From: Gemmatimonadales bacterium
GTDB taxonomy: Bacteria; Gemmatimonadota; Gemmatimonadetes; Gemmatimonadales; GWC2-71-9
Length of the DNA: 64,000 bases
Direction: 5' to 3'
NCBI GenBank assembly: GCA_025927545.1
Contig: JAICLE010000007.1
Span: 384 to 64,383, forward strand
Shown here: one piece after another, positions 1-9,281 of the stretch
Layout of the letters: every line of letters begins with the position of its first letter
Position numbering within the stretch: the stretch's first letter is position 1
Translations under genes and position numbers: made by a program
The notes under the pieces: model-generated
Seen by the model: only the letters and a program-made list of their open reading frames with translations
Database searches by the model: none
Told to the model about the DNA's origin: nothing

Positions 1-1386
1 CCGGTCCCACCGCTCGGCGTGCCCAATGTAGGCGATGGTCTGGTCGTAATGCTGACTCCAGAAGAACGGCACGGCCTCGAACCGTTCGCCGGCGCCGAGG
101 ATGTTCCGGGCCGCGACCTGGCCCTGCCGCTCCGCCACCACCCAGTGCTCGACGCGAATCGGCGCGCCCGTGTGCGGGTCGGGCCAGCGGACGATGTCGC
201 CGGCGGCGAAGATGCCGGGCGCACTCGTGGCGAGCCGCTCGTCGACGCGCACCCCGCGGTCGAGCGCGAGGCCGGCCGCCTCTGCCAGCGCGAGGTTGGG
301 ACGGACGCCGATACCCGCCACCACGAGCTCCGCCGGCAGGCGGCTGCCATCCTCCAGCGTGACGGTCCCGTCGCGAATCTCCCGCGCGGTCTGGCCCAGG
401 TGAAACACGACGCCATGTGCCTCATGCAGGGCCCGGATCCAGTCGCCGATTTCCGGGCCCATGATGCGGCCGAGCGGCCGCACGTCGGGCGCGACGATGT
501 GGACTTCCATCCTGCGCGCGCGGAGCGACGCCGCGACTTCGAGGCCGATGAAGCTCGCGCCCAGCACCACGGCCCGACCGCCCTCGCGGGCGGCGCCCGC
601 GATGCGGCGGCTGTCCGCCAGGGAGCGAAGGTAGTGGACCGCCGGTGACGCCCGGTCGAACTCGGGCCCCAGGCGCACCGGGCTGGCGCCCGTGGCGATG
701 AGGAGCGCCTCGAAGGGCAGTTCGCCGCCATCATCGAGCCGCACCCGCCGCTCGGCGGGATCGATGACCGTGACGCGGGGTCCGCGGCGAAGCTCGATGC
801 CGCGCTCCTGGTAGAACTCGGGCGGGTGGAGCGGGATCCACTCCTCCGGGGCGTTGCCGGCGAGGTAGTCCTTGGACAGGTTGGGCCGATCGTAGGGAGC
901 GTCCCGGTCGGGATCCACGATGACGATCGAGCCGCCGTATCCCTCGCGCCGGAGCGTCTCCGCGGCGCTGTTGCCTGCCGCTCCGCCCCCGATGATGACG
1001 ACTCGCTCCGGCGCCCGCGCGCGAGCGGTGGCGCGCCGCGCCGGCGTCCGCCTGGCGCCGACGTAGACCCGGCCGTCCCGTTGCTCGACTTCCCAGGAGG
1101 GCAGGTCGTTCAATGCCGGCGGCCGGAGCGCCTGGCCGGTGCGAAGGCTGAAGCAGGCGTGGTGCCACGGACAGCGCACCGTGTCGCCCACCACCAGGCC
1201 CTCGGCCAGGGGCCCGCTGTAGTGGGTGCAGGCGGCGCCGACCGCAAACCACTCCTCGCCGCGGCGCACCAGCAGCGCCGGGTCGCCGTCCACGTGCCCC
1301 GCGATCATCCCGCCGTCCGGTACATCCCCGACGGGAACTCCCTGCTTGAAATCCGGTCCCGCAGGACCTTCGTGTTCCGATGCCAT
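1..1386 (-). CDS. Rieske [2Fe-2S] domain fused to FAD/NAD(P)-dependent pyridine-nucleotide-disulfide oxidoreductase (ferredoxin-reductase-like); C-terminus lies beyond the window start
   Basis: Absent from the ORF track because it is open to position 1. My minus-strand translation starts at ATG (complement of 1384-1386), with GGAGGG just upstream. It reads MASEHEG...CTHYSGPL...CPWHHACF (Rieske CxH/CxxH), then VVIIGGGAAG and VVLGASFIGLE dinucleotide folds and AAGDIVRWP. Confidence 0.85.
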   Translation of the reverse strand, partial: MASEHEGPAGPDFKQGVPVGDVPDGGMIAGHVDGDPALLVRRGEEWFAVGAACTHYSGPLAEGLVVGDTVRCPWHHACFSLRTGQALRPPALNDLPSWEVEQRDGRVYVGARRTPARRATARARAPERVVIIGGGAAGNSAAETLRREGYGGSIVIVDPDRDAPYDRPNLSKDYLAGNAPEEWIPLHPPEFYQERGIELRRGPRVTVIDPAERRVRLDDGGELPFEALLIATGASPVRLGPEFDRASPAVHYLRSLADSRRIAGAAREGGRAVVLGASFIGLEVAASLRARRMEVHIVAPDVRPLGRIMGPEIGDWIRALHEAHGVVFHLGQTAREIRDGTVTLEDGSRLPAELVVAGIGVRPNLALAEAAGLALDRGVRVDERLATSAPGIFAAGDIVRWPDPHTGAPIRVEHWVVAERQGQVAARNILGAGERFEAVPFFWSQHYDQTIAYIGHAERWDR

Positions 1387-1484
1387 CTCCGCTTCCCTCC
1401 TCGTCTCGGTGGCTGTGCTCTCGACGAAGGGTAACCCGGGCCAGAGGAGCCCGCAGCGGCGAGGCGCCGGCGGCCGCTACACGC

Positions 1485-2213
1485 TCAGCCTGCCGCCGCG
1501 TCGGGGAGGCCGCCGAACCGGCGCTCCCGACTGGCAAAGTCGCGCACGGCATCCTGCAGCGCCGCCGGACCGAACTCCGGCCACGAGAGCGGCGAGAAGT
1601 GCAACTCCGCGTACGCGGCTTCCCACAGCAGGAAGTCGCTGAGGCGGCGCTCGCCGCCGGTGCGGATGAGGAGATCGACCTCCGGCACCGGGATCCCGTG
1701 GTCGACGATCGCGAGCAGCCGTCCGAAGGAGTCGCGCGAAGGAATGGTGCCGGGCTGAAGGCACTGCGCGGCCCGGAGAATCGCGTCGCGCGCGGAGTAG
1801 TCGAGCGCGATCCGGAGGTGGAGGCGGGTGCCCGCCGCGGTGTCCCGCTCGGTCTCCTCCACGGCGGTCCGAAGCGCGCGCCCGATGCGGTCACGCCGGC
1901 CGATCACCTCGAGCCGCACGCCGTTGACCACGCAACGCGCACGCTCCACCCGCAAATACTCGCGGAACAGCCGCATGAGCCAGCCGACTTCGGCCTTCGG
2001 CCGACGCCAGTTGTCGGCGGAAAAGGCGAAGAGCGTGAGCACTCCGATCCCCGCATCCGGAGCCACCTCGACGATGCGGCGCACCATCGCCGCGCCCGCC
2101 CGGTGCCCCTCGCCGCGCGAGTGGCCCTGGCGGGTGGCCCAGCGCCCGTTGCCGTCCATGATGATCCCGACGTGGAGCGGTACCGGACGTGCTGGCGAAG
2201 TGCTTTGCTGCAT
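1485..2213 (-). CDS. uppS: undecaprenyl-diphosphate synthase (cis-isoprenyl transferase)
   Basis: Inner ATG of ORF 1485..2420. Motifs HVGIIMDGNGRWA, LTLFAFSADNWRRP, DLLIRTGGERRLSDFLLWE and RERRFGG are classic UppS signatures. Confidence 0.93.
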   Translation of the reverse strand: MQQSTSPARPVPLHVGIIMDGNGRWATRQGHSRGEGHRAGAAMVRRIVEVAPDAGIGVLTLFAFSADNWRRPKAEVGWLMRLFREYLRVERARCVVNGVRLEVIGRRDRIGRALRTAVEETERDTAAGTRLHLRIALDYSARDAILRAAQCLQPGTIPSRDSFGRLLAIVDHGIPVPEVDLLIRTGGERRLSDFLLWEAAYAELHFSPLSWPEFGPAALQDAVRDFASRERRFGGLPDAAAG

Positions 2214-2241
2214 AAAGTCACTCCTCAAAAAAGAGAGCGGC

Positions 2242-2625
2242 TCAGCGCTCGCGGGTGGCCCGGATGAGAGCTTCCATGTGATCGAGATAGCGTTCCAGAG
2301 CGTGTCGGCCCACGGCGCTGAGGCGGTACTCGGTCCGCGGCACGCGTCCCTCGAACATCTTGCTGCAGATGATGTAGTCCGCCTCCTCCAGCTTCCGCGC
2401 GTGGACGCTGAGGTTGCCATCGGTGGTATCGAGCAGCCGCTTCAGCTCGTTGAAGCTGAGCGACTGGTTGACGGCAAGCGCGCTCACAATGGCGAGCCGC
2501 ATGCGCTCGTGGATGAGGCGATCGAGCTCGAGTGGGGCCGGCGCCGCGCCGCCCCGCACGCCCTGCAGACCGGACGGGGGCGCGCGCTCCGGACGGTTTC
2601 GGGGAGCCAGACTGGATTCAGCCAC
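2242..2625 (-). CDS. winged-helix transcriptional regulator
   Basis: C-terminal part of ORF 2242..2808: [17 protein letters not shown]...[30 protein letters not shown]...[12 protein letters not shown]. The in-frame GTG at 2623-2625 is preceded by GGAGG and overlaps the upstream gene's stop by 8 nt. Confidence 0.72.
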   Translation of the reverse strand: MAESSLAPRNRPERAPPSGLQGVRGGAAPAPLELDRLIHERMRLAIVSALAVNQSLSFNELKRLLDTTDGNLSVHARKLEEADYIICSKMFEGRVPRTEYRLSAVGRHALERYLDHMEALIRATRER

Positions 2626-3265
2626 CGTACCTCCGTGCAATAATGAGTCCGAATGCGATGTGGAGGCCGCCGAAGCCGGCGGCCATGAGCGGGGTGCCCC
2701 ACCCGGCCGGCCCCAGGATGGCGAGAGCGCCGAGGGCCATGAAACAGAGTCCCATGAGCGGCACCACCCGCACCGAGAAGGCGCCGCCGGTGACGACGCC
2801 CGTGCCATAGAGGAGGAGCCAGGTGCCGGGCAGCGCGCGATCGAGCCCGGCGCGGACTAGGACGGCGGTGAGCAGCGCCCCGACCAGGAGGGGCGGCACG
2901 TAGCTGAGCACGAAGCGCCGCCCGGAGTACGAGAACACCGTGGTTCCGGCACGTCGCGCCTTGGCCGTCATCGTCCAGCCACCCAGGGTCAGCGCCGCGA
3001 CGGCCGTGGTGACCCAGGTGGCCAGCCACTCCCGGCCGGCCGACGAGCGTGGTGCGAGCGCCGAGGCCGCCAGGGCCAGCACCCCCATCCCGACCCCGCC
3101 CCACCCGGGAACTGCGGTGAAGGCGGTGGCCCGCTCCATCGTCCGGCGGATGAAGGAGAGATTGTCCATCGCCCGGATGTGGAGCGACGGGTCCTCGGAG
3201 CGGGCGGCGGGGACGCGTTGAGGCGAGGCCATGGCGCTGAGCATACCATCGAGCGCCGAGTTCAT
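2618..3265 (-). CDS. hypothetical integral membrane protein, cotranscribed with the HTH regulator
   Basis: Part of ORF 2618..3373 downstream of the mscL stop. It has several hydrophobic helices ([46 protein letters not shown]). The start is ambiguous, with ATGs at 3265, 3244 and 3232. Confidence 0.55.
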   Translation of the reverse strand: MNSALDGMLSAMASPQRVPAARSEDPSLHIRAMDNLSFIRRTMERATAFTAVPGWGGVGMGVLALAASALAPRSSAGREWLATWVTTAVAALTLGGWTMTAKARRAGTTVFSYSGRRFVLSYVPPLLVGALLTAVLVRAGLDRALPGTWLLLYGTGVVTGGAFSVRVVPLMGLCFMALGALAILGPAGWGTPLMAAGFGGLHIAFGLIIARRYGG

Positions 3266-3294
3266 CAAGTACTTTGCACTGCAAAGACTAAGGG

Positions 3295-3744
3295 TCAGGC
3301 CGCACGCAGCTCCGACGTGCACTGCGGGCACCGCGTCGCCGCCACCGGGATCGCCATCCTGCAATACGGGCAATCCTTCGTGTTCGGCGCCTCGGCCTCG
3401 GCCGGCATCATCCGGTTGGCCGCGCGCACCAGCAGGAACACGGCGAACGCGACGATCAGAAAGGCGATCACGGTGTTGATGAACGTGCCGTAGTTGAGGG
3501 TGACGGCCCCCGCCGCGTGTGCCTCGGCGATCGTCGAGTAGGGCGGCGCGCCCTTCGTGCCCTGCTTCAGCACGACGAAAAGGTTCGAGAAGTCCACGTT
3601 GCCCAGGGCCAAACCGATCGGGGGCATGATCACGTCGTCGACCAGCGACTTTACGATGGTTCCGAACGCGCCACCCATGATGAAGCCGACGGCCAGATCC
3701 AGCACGTTCCCGCGCATCGCGAATGCCTTGAACTCCTTGAACAT
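3295..3744 (-). CDS. mscL: large-conductance mechanosensitive channel MscL with a C-terminal Cys4 zinc-ribbon extension
   Basis: MFKEFKAFAMRGNVLDLAVGFIMGGAFGTIVKSLVDDVIMPPIG is the canonical MscL N-terminus/TM1. The C-terminus contains CPYC-x10-CPQC. Confidence 0.93.
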   Translation of the reverse strand: MFKEFKAFAMRGNVLDLAVGFIMGGAFGTIVKSLVDDVIMPPIGLALGNVDFSNLFVVLKQGTKGAPPYSTIAEAHAAGAVTLNYGTFINTVIAFLIVAFAVFLLVRAANRMMPAEAEAPNTKDCPYCRMAIPVAATRCPQCTSELRAA

Positions 3745-3789
3745 GGTGCCCGCCTTTCCGGAAAATGAGAGACTCTCACGTACCCGGCA

Positions 3790-5196
3790 CTACTTCGCGT
3801 TCCACTCCCCGAACCCGCCTCCGTACACGCTCACCTCCGGTACGCCGTGCGCGCGGAGCAGTGCGGCGGCCATTCCCGCCCGGCCGCCGGACTGGCAGTA
3901 CACCACGATGGGCCGGCCCCGGGGAATCTCATCCAACCGCCGCTCGAGGTCGCCCAGCGGAATGTTCAAGGCGTCCGGCAAATGGCCCGCGGACCACTCC
4001 GCGGGGCTGCGCACGTCCAGGGCAGTGATACTATTGGCCGCCGCCGCCTCGGCCAGCTCGCGGCGTTCGACCGTGGGAATGGCGTCGAGCGGACCCCGCG
4101 CCGCCACCCACGCGTCGAACACCTCGGGGCCGACATACCCCGCCAGCCGGTCGAGGCCGATGCCGGCGAGTTGCCTGGCCAGTTCCTGGACGCCGGTGCC
4201 GGCGTCGTCGCGGACGATGAGCAGGAAATCCCGATCATACGGTAACAGAGATCCGGCCCAGGTCGTGAACGAGCGATTTGCCGGGATGTTGAGCGTGCCG
4301 GGAACGGCGCCAAGGGCGAACTCCAGCGCCGGCCTGGTATCGACCACCGGGCGGCGGGCTTCGAGCGCGGCCTCGAGCTCGCGGAAGCCCAACCGGGCAG
4401 CGAGAGCGGACTTCCCGAGAATGCGTGGGCCGTCGCGATTGATCTGCTTCATCTGCCCGAAGTATCGCGGCGGATCCGGCTGCCCGGCCAGGACGGCACG
4501 CACGAATTCGTCTTCGTCCTGAATACCGAATGCCCAGTTGAAGCGGCGTTCGTAGCCCAGCGTGGATTGCGGCACGCCGCCCAGTGCCTTGCCGCACGCG
4601 GACCCCGCGCCGTGACCCGGCCAGAGTTGCAGGAAGTCGGGGAGTGTGGCGAACCGCTGGAGCGAGCGGAACAACTGGCGCGCGCCGGTCTCCATCGTGC
4701 CGGCCATGTGCGCGGCACGCTCGAGCAGGTCGGGACGGCCGACATCGCCCACGAAGACGAAGTCGCCGGTGAGCGCGCCCATCGGCTCGGTGGCCGCCGC
4801 GGTATCGGTGACGAGAAAGCTGAGATGCTCCGGTGTATGCCCCGGCGTGTGCAGCGCCCGGATCTGGAGCGCGCCGACGCCGAACGTCGAGCCGTCCCGC
4901 AGCGGCTCGGCGCCGTCCACGTCCGCGTAGCGGTAGCGCCACTCGTCGCCGCCGGCATCGGACAGCAGCAGGCGCGCGCCGGCCCGGTGCGCCAGTTCCC
5001 GGGCGCCCGACACGAAGTCGGCGTGGATGTGCGTCTCGGTAACGTGGGTGACGCGGAGTCCCTCGGCCTCGGCCATTCGCAGGTACGGCTCGACGTCCCG
5101 GTTGGGATCCACCACGAGCGCCTCGCCGGTGGCAGGGCAACCGAGAAGATAGCTCGCCTGCGCAAGCTGCTCGTCGTAGCGTCGTCGGAAGAACAT
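3790..5196 (-). CDS. MBL-fold persulfide-dioxygenase-like domain fused to two rhodanese domains
   Basis: Inner ATG (MFFRRRYDEQLAQASYLLG) of ORF 3790..6294. It carries THIHADFVSG (HxHxDF/H) and HTPGHTPEH, with a C-terminal rhodanese active-site loop VVYCQSGGRAG. Confidence 0.88.
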   Translation of the reverse strand: MFFRRRYDEQLAQASYLLGCPATGEALVVDPNRDVEPYLRMAEAEGLRVTHVTETHIHADFVSGARELAHRAGARLLLSDAGGDEWRYRYADVDGAEPLRDGSTFGVGALQIRALHTPGHTPEHLSFLVTDTAAATEPMGALTGDFVFVGDVGRPDLLERAAHMAGTMETGARQLFRSLQRFATLPDFLQLWPGHGAGSACGKALGGVPQSTLGYERRFNWAFGIQDEDEFVRAVLAGQPDPPRYFGQMKQINRDGPRILGKSALAARLGFRELEAALEARRPVVDTRPALEFALGAVPGTLNIPANRSFTTWAGSLLPYDRDFLLIVRDDAGTGVQELARQLAGIGLDRLAGYVGPEVFDAWVAARGPLDAIPTVERRELAEAAAANSITALDVRSPAEWSAGHLPDALNIPLGDLERRLDEIPRGRPIVVYCQSGGRAGMAAALLRAHGVPEVSVYGGGFGEWNAK

Positions 5197-5349
5197 GGTC
5201 GGCTCGGCGGTGGGCGTCGGCCCAAAGCTAATCCCGGAACGGCCGCTTGCGCGCGGCCCGTCCGCAACCGATGTTAGAACATCGTCCGGGGATGTGCGCC
5301 GCATGGCCGGGGCGTCGTCTCCCGCGCGATTCCCCTCGTCTCTCCCGAG

Positions 5350-6504
5350 ATGCTTATCGTGGCAGGTGCACCGGCAGCCCGCTGTCGCCTGGCCCTTGTC
5401 ACGGCCGCGTTCCTGACCGGGGCGTGCGGCCATACCGAGCCGTTCACCACGCCGTCGGTCGGGAGCACGCAGCCCTTCGATCCTACTCCTCCAGTTCGTA
5501 TCACCCTCAACCAGGGCGCCGACCGCGACGCGTCCTGGCTGCCTGACGGGTCGGCGATTCTGTACTCCGCCGAGCAGCCCGGGCGTCACGACAAGGACGT
5601 GTGCCTGGCCGAGCTTCCACCGACCGGTGGGAGACAGCGCCGCCTGGTGTGCGATCTCTCGAGCACCGGAAGCGAGGCCACCGAGGCGGTGGAGTCGCCG
5701 GTCGTTGGCCCGGACGGTCGGCTCGCCTTCGTGCAGTCGAGCGGGGCGATCGGTGCGATCAGCCCCGATCGCGGCGCGGTGTCCGTGGCCCCCGGCACGG
5801 ACCCTTCCGCCGGGGTGGAGGTGCAGGCCATTCCTTACACGATTGCCGGCGAGCCGCGTCACAATGCGGTCCGCCAGCTCCGCTGGCAACGGGCCGACCG
5901 ACTGGTGTTCGTCGGCTCGCAGTGGACCTACCGGGTGCCCTGCCAGTTCTGCCAGGCCGATACGATCGTGTCCGGCCTCAAGATCGGGTTGCTCGACCTC
6001 TCCGCCGCGGGTGCCGTGCTCTCGGCGGTGCCGGGGACGGACTTTGCCTCCGGAGTGACTCCCGGCGCCACCGACGACGAGATCTACTTCACGCTCGGCG
6101 GCGACAGTCGAGTGTACCGCCGCGTCCTGTCCACCGGCGCGACCGATGTGGTATACGACTTCGGCGCCGCCGGCACCGCGCGCGACGTGCACGCGGCCGC
6201 TGGGCGCTTCACCGCCGTCGTCGGCGGACGGGTGGCGTTCTCGGTCGATCCGCAGCTCGGCCCCACGCAATGGGACAGCGGAGGGATCATACACGTGGTC
6301 GATCCGGCAACCGGCTCGGACGTGGCACTCGATGGCCCGGGGTTGTTCCGCCGGCCGGCGCTCTCACCTGGCGGAGACGAGGTGGTGGCCGAAGGGTATC
6401 CGCTGATCATCGTTCCGGTGCTCGACCCGGTCACGGGTGCGGTGATCGGCGCCGACACGACCGTGGGGCGGTCGGGAGACCTCTACCTGTTCGGCACCCC
6501 GTGA
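5350..6504 (+). CDS. secreted or lipoprotein beta-propeller protein (TolB/WD40-like)
   Basis: Signal/lipobox-like LVTAAFLTGAC. Repeated D-G-x-x-(I/L/F) propeller-type segments (WLPDGSAILYS, GPDGRLAFV, SPGGDEVV). Its stop overlaps the ATG of the TonB receptor (ATGA). Confidence 0.65.
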   Translation: MLIVAGAPAARCRLALVTAAFLTGACGHTEPFTTPSVGSTQPFDPTPPVRITLNQGADRDASWLPDGSAILYSAEQPGRHDKDVCLAELPPTGGRQRRLVCDLSSTGSEATEAVESPVVGPDGRLAFVQSSGAIGAISPDRGAVSVAPGTDPSAGVEVQAIPYTIAGEPRHNAVRQLRWQRADRLVFVGSQWTYRVPCQFCQADTIVSGLKIGLLDLSAAGAVLSAVPGTDFASGVTPGATDDEIYFTLGGDSRVYRRVLSTGATDVVYDFGAAGTARDVHAAAGRFTAVVGGRVAFSVDPQLGPTQWDSGGIIHVVDPATGSDVALDGPGLFRRPALSPGGDEVVAEGYPLIIVPVLDPVTGAVIGADTTVGRSGDLYLFGTP

Positions 6505-9281
6505 TGACCACGCGTCTCGGGCGAGCGCTCCCGATCGCCCTCGGCGCGCTGCTCTGCGCCGGCGCCCTCGCCGCGCAGAGCGAGGGCGCCGTGGCCGGCC
6601 GTGCGCGGGAGACGCGCTCCGGCCGCTCCCTCGCGGGAGTTCAGGTGCTGGTGGACGGCCGGGTCGGCACGGTGACGGACACGGCGGGCGAGTACCGCGT
6701 CCGGGCCGTGCGCACCGGATGGCACCGCGTGGCGGCGCGGCTGATCGGGTTCCGCGGCGTGGTGCTCGACAGCGTCTTCGTCCGCGCGGGCGCGACCGTC
6801 ACCGCCAACTTCGAGCTCGAGCCGAGCGCTGTCGAGCTGGCGCCGCTCGTCGTTACCGCACCGGTGGACGAGCTGCTCGATCCGCTGGCTACGAGCACGG
6901 AGCAGAAGATCACCGCGGAGGACCTGCGCGACCTGCCCGTGAGCTCGCTGGAGGAGGCCATCGCGCTCAGCGCGGGAGCGGTCGGCCAGAGCTATCGGGG
7001 AGGCCGCATCGGCGAGGAGTCGTTCATCCTCGACGGCCTCGGCGTCAAGAATCAGCTCGACGCGGCGACGGGCGGGCTCGGGCTCCGCATCCCGCCGGAC
7101 CTCCTGGGCGAGGCGTCGCTGGTTACCAACGGCTTTTCCGCGCGCTACGGCCAGGCACTCTCCGGACTGGTAAACGTGGTGACGCGGGACCCGGGCGACT
7201 CGTGGGAAGGTCGCGCCGCCATCGAGACCGACCGGCCGTTCGGGGGAACCCTCGACCACGGACTCGACCGCGTGGCCCTGCGTGGCGGCGGGCCGGTCAC
7301 CGGCGGCATCGGATTCATCGCCGCGCTGGACGTCGCGGGCCGGCTGGATGACGATCCCGTCAACGCGCCGCTTCCGACCGACCCGCGCGATCCCCGGAGC
7401 GGGGGGCCCGGCCTCCTGCCTCACAACAGCGGCGAGCAGTGGAATGGCGCCGCCAAGCTGGTGGTGCCGCTCACAGGCTCGGCAACGCTCCGGGTACTCG
7501 GCGTGCATTCCGAGGACCAGCGGCTGCTGTACGATCCCGCCTACAAATACGCGCCGACGTTCGCGCCCGCCCAGCGGCTGGGCGGCGATCTGGTGAGCGG
7601 CCACCTCCAGCTCCGCACCGGACCATCCTCGCTCAAGCCCCTCGTGGTCGACCTCCGCGCCAGCCGTTTCGTGCGGGAGTTCCTGCGCGGCCAACTGGAT
7701 GGGACGGTGGACTACAAGGTCGGGGCGCTCACCGGGTCCCGCTTTCACTTCGTGGGCGAGGAGCTGGCGCGAGCGCAGGATCCCTCGCCCGAACCCGTGC
7801 CGGGCCTGGCGCGGCCGGAGTTGAGCGATCAGACACCATGGGGCGTACCCGCCTTCTTCCTGGGCGGCGCCTCCCGCGGCGACCTCGGCTGGAACAAGTT
7901 CGGCGAGACCCGGCTGCAGCTCGACGCCACGTACGGCGGCATGCGGAGCGTCGACCTGTTCTTCGGCGGCGAGTTCTCCGCCCAGCAGGTGCGCACCTAC
8001 CAGCGCGTGCTGGGCTACTCCGCCGCGGGAGACACGGTGCCGGGGCCGGCGATCTCGGCGTTTTCACCCCGCAACGTGGCCGGGTACGTCGAGGCGCAGA
8101 CCCGCGTCTCCGACATCGCGGTGACGCTCGGGATCCGCTACGACCAGTTCGACGCCCACACCGCGAGCGCCGCCGAGGCGCGCGGCACCCAGCGCTCGGT
8201 GAGTCCTCGGTTCGCGGTATCCACCGTGCTGCGGGGCGCGACGGTGGTGGCCAGCTTCGGCCGCTTCAGCCAGGCGCCGGACTATCAGTTTCTGGTGGAT
8301 GCCGCCTTCGACGACACCACCCGGACCGGACGGTTCCGCCGAGGCAATCCGAACCTCGGCTTCGAGCAGGCCACGCAGTACGAGTTCAGCGTGCGGATTC
8401 GGCCGACCGCGCAGACGTCGGTGCGGGTGGGAGTCTATCAGAAGCGGCTTACCGGGCTGGTCGCGTCCGTGCCGCTCGGCCTCAACCCCGATTCCACCAT
8501 CTTCGGCAATGCCGACGCGGGCACCGCGCGCGGGCTCGAGCTGCTGGCAGAGCGTGAGCTCCGGAACGGCTTCGGATTCCGCGTGGCCTACACGCTGCAG
8601 GATGCGAAAGCCACGTCCACGGACCCGTTCCTGCTCAACCGGGTGATCAGCGTCGACCAGACCACGGGCGACACCATCCGGCCGGCTCACGCGGAGTTCC
8701 CGCTCGACTATGACCAGCGGCACACGCTGACGCTCATCGCCCGCGGCAAGGCGCCCGAAGGGATCGGCCCGCGGCTGCTCGGGGTGCGGCCGCTCGCGGG
8801 TCTCGAGGGCGCGCTCATCGTGCGCGCGCTCTCCGGCCTGCCCTTCACCCGCGTGGACTCGGTCGGCCTGCCGGTGTCGGGCCCGCCCAACGCCTCCAGG
8901 CTGCCGTGGAGCTCGTCCATCGATCTGCTGGTGCGCCGACCGATCCGGCTCGGGGGAACGACCGGCGGGATCTATCTGGACATGCGCAATCTGCTCAACC
9001 GCCGGAACGTGGTCGCGGTGCGGCGCGATACCGGTCTCCCCCAGGCGGACGAGGCCGAGGTTACCGCCATGGCGGAGGCCGCGTACGCGACGCACCCCGA
9101 GGCGATCCCGTACGAATCGGCCCGATACCGGCCGGCGGCGGATCTGAACGGCGACGGCTACGTGGCGGGCCGGAGCGAGCTCTTCCCGCTCTACCTCGCG
9201 GCGGCGCGCGACTTCACCCAGCCGATCTTTGCCTATGGCCCGCCCAGGCTGGCGCGGCTGGGGATCGAGCTGCTCTTCTGA
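6504..9281 (+). CDS. TonB-dependent outer-membrane receptor with an N-terminal carboxypeptidase-regulatory-like domain
   Basis: Inner ATG of ORF 5601..9281. It has a signal peptide ...ALAAQS and the CarboxypepD_reg pattern VAGRARE..SGRSLAGVQVLV.G..GTVTD..GEYRV. A plug-like segment (ITAEDLRDLPVSSLEEAIALSAGA) follows, and the barrel ends ...GIELLF. Confidence 0.85.
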   Translation: MTTRLGRALPIALGALLCAGALAAQSEGAVAGRARETRSGRSLAGVQVLVDGRVGTVTDTAGEYRVRAVRTGWHRVAARLIGFRGVVLDSVFVRAGATVTANFELEPSAVELAPLVVTAPVDELLDPLATSTEQKITAEDLRDLPVSSLEEAIALSAGAVGQSYRGGRIGEESFILDGLGVKNQLDAATGGLGLRIPPDLLGEASLVTNGFSARYGQALSGLVNVVTRDPGDSWEGRAAIETDRPFGGTLDHGLDRVALRGGGPVTGGIGFIAALDVAGRLDDDPVNAPLPTDPRDPRSGGPGLLPHNSGEQWNGAAKLVVPLTGSATLRVLGVHSEDQRLLYDPAYKYAPTFAPAQRLGGDLVSGHLQLRTGPSSLKPLVVDLRASRFVREFLRGQLDGTVDYKVGALTGSRFHFVGEELARAQDPSPEPVPGLARPELSDQTPWGVPAFFLGGASRGDLGWNKFGETRLQLDATYGGMRSVDLFFGGEFSAQQVRTYQRVLGYSAAGDTVPGPAISAFSPRNVAGYVEAQTRVSDIAVTLGIRYDQFDAHTASAAEARGTQRSVSPRFAVSTVLRGATVVASFGRFSQAPDYQFLVDAAFDDTTRTGRFRRGNPNLGFEQATQYEFSVRIRPTAQTSVRVGVYQKRLTGLVASVPLGLNPDSTIFGNADAGTARGLELLAERELRNGFGFRVAYTLQDAKATSTDPFLLNRVISVDQTTGDTIRPAHAEFPLDYDQRHTLTLIARGKAPEGIGPRLLGVRPLAGLEGALIVRALSGLPFTRVDSVGLPVSGPPNASRLPWSSSIDLLVRRPIRLGGTTGGIYLDMRNLLNRRNVVAVRRDTGLPQADEAEVTAMAEAAYATHPEAIPYESARYRPAADLNGDGYVAGRSELFPLYLAAARDFTQPIFAYGPPRLARLGIELLF

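Noticed and set aside
731-1894. 387-aa minus-strand ORF bridging the Rieske-FAD gene and uppS
   Set aside because: It is out of frame with both well-supported genes. The sequence is Arg/Ser/Pro/Gly-rich with no domains.
5601-6503. N-terminal 300 codons of the 1226-aa ORF 5601..9281
   Set aside because: This is an alternative frame across the TolB-like gene. The receptor's signal peptide begins at the ATG at 6504, which overlaps the upstream stop.
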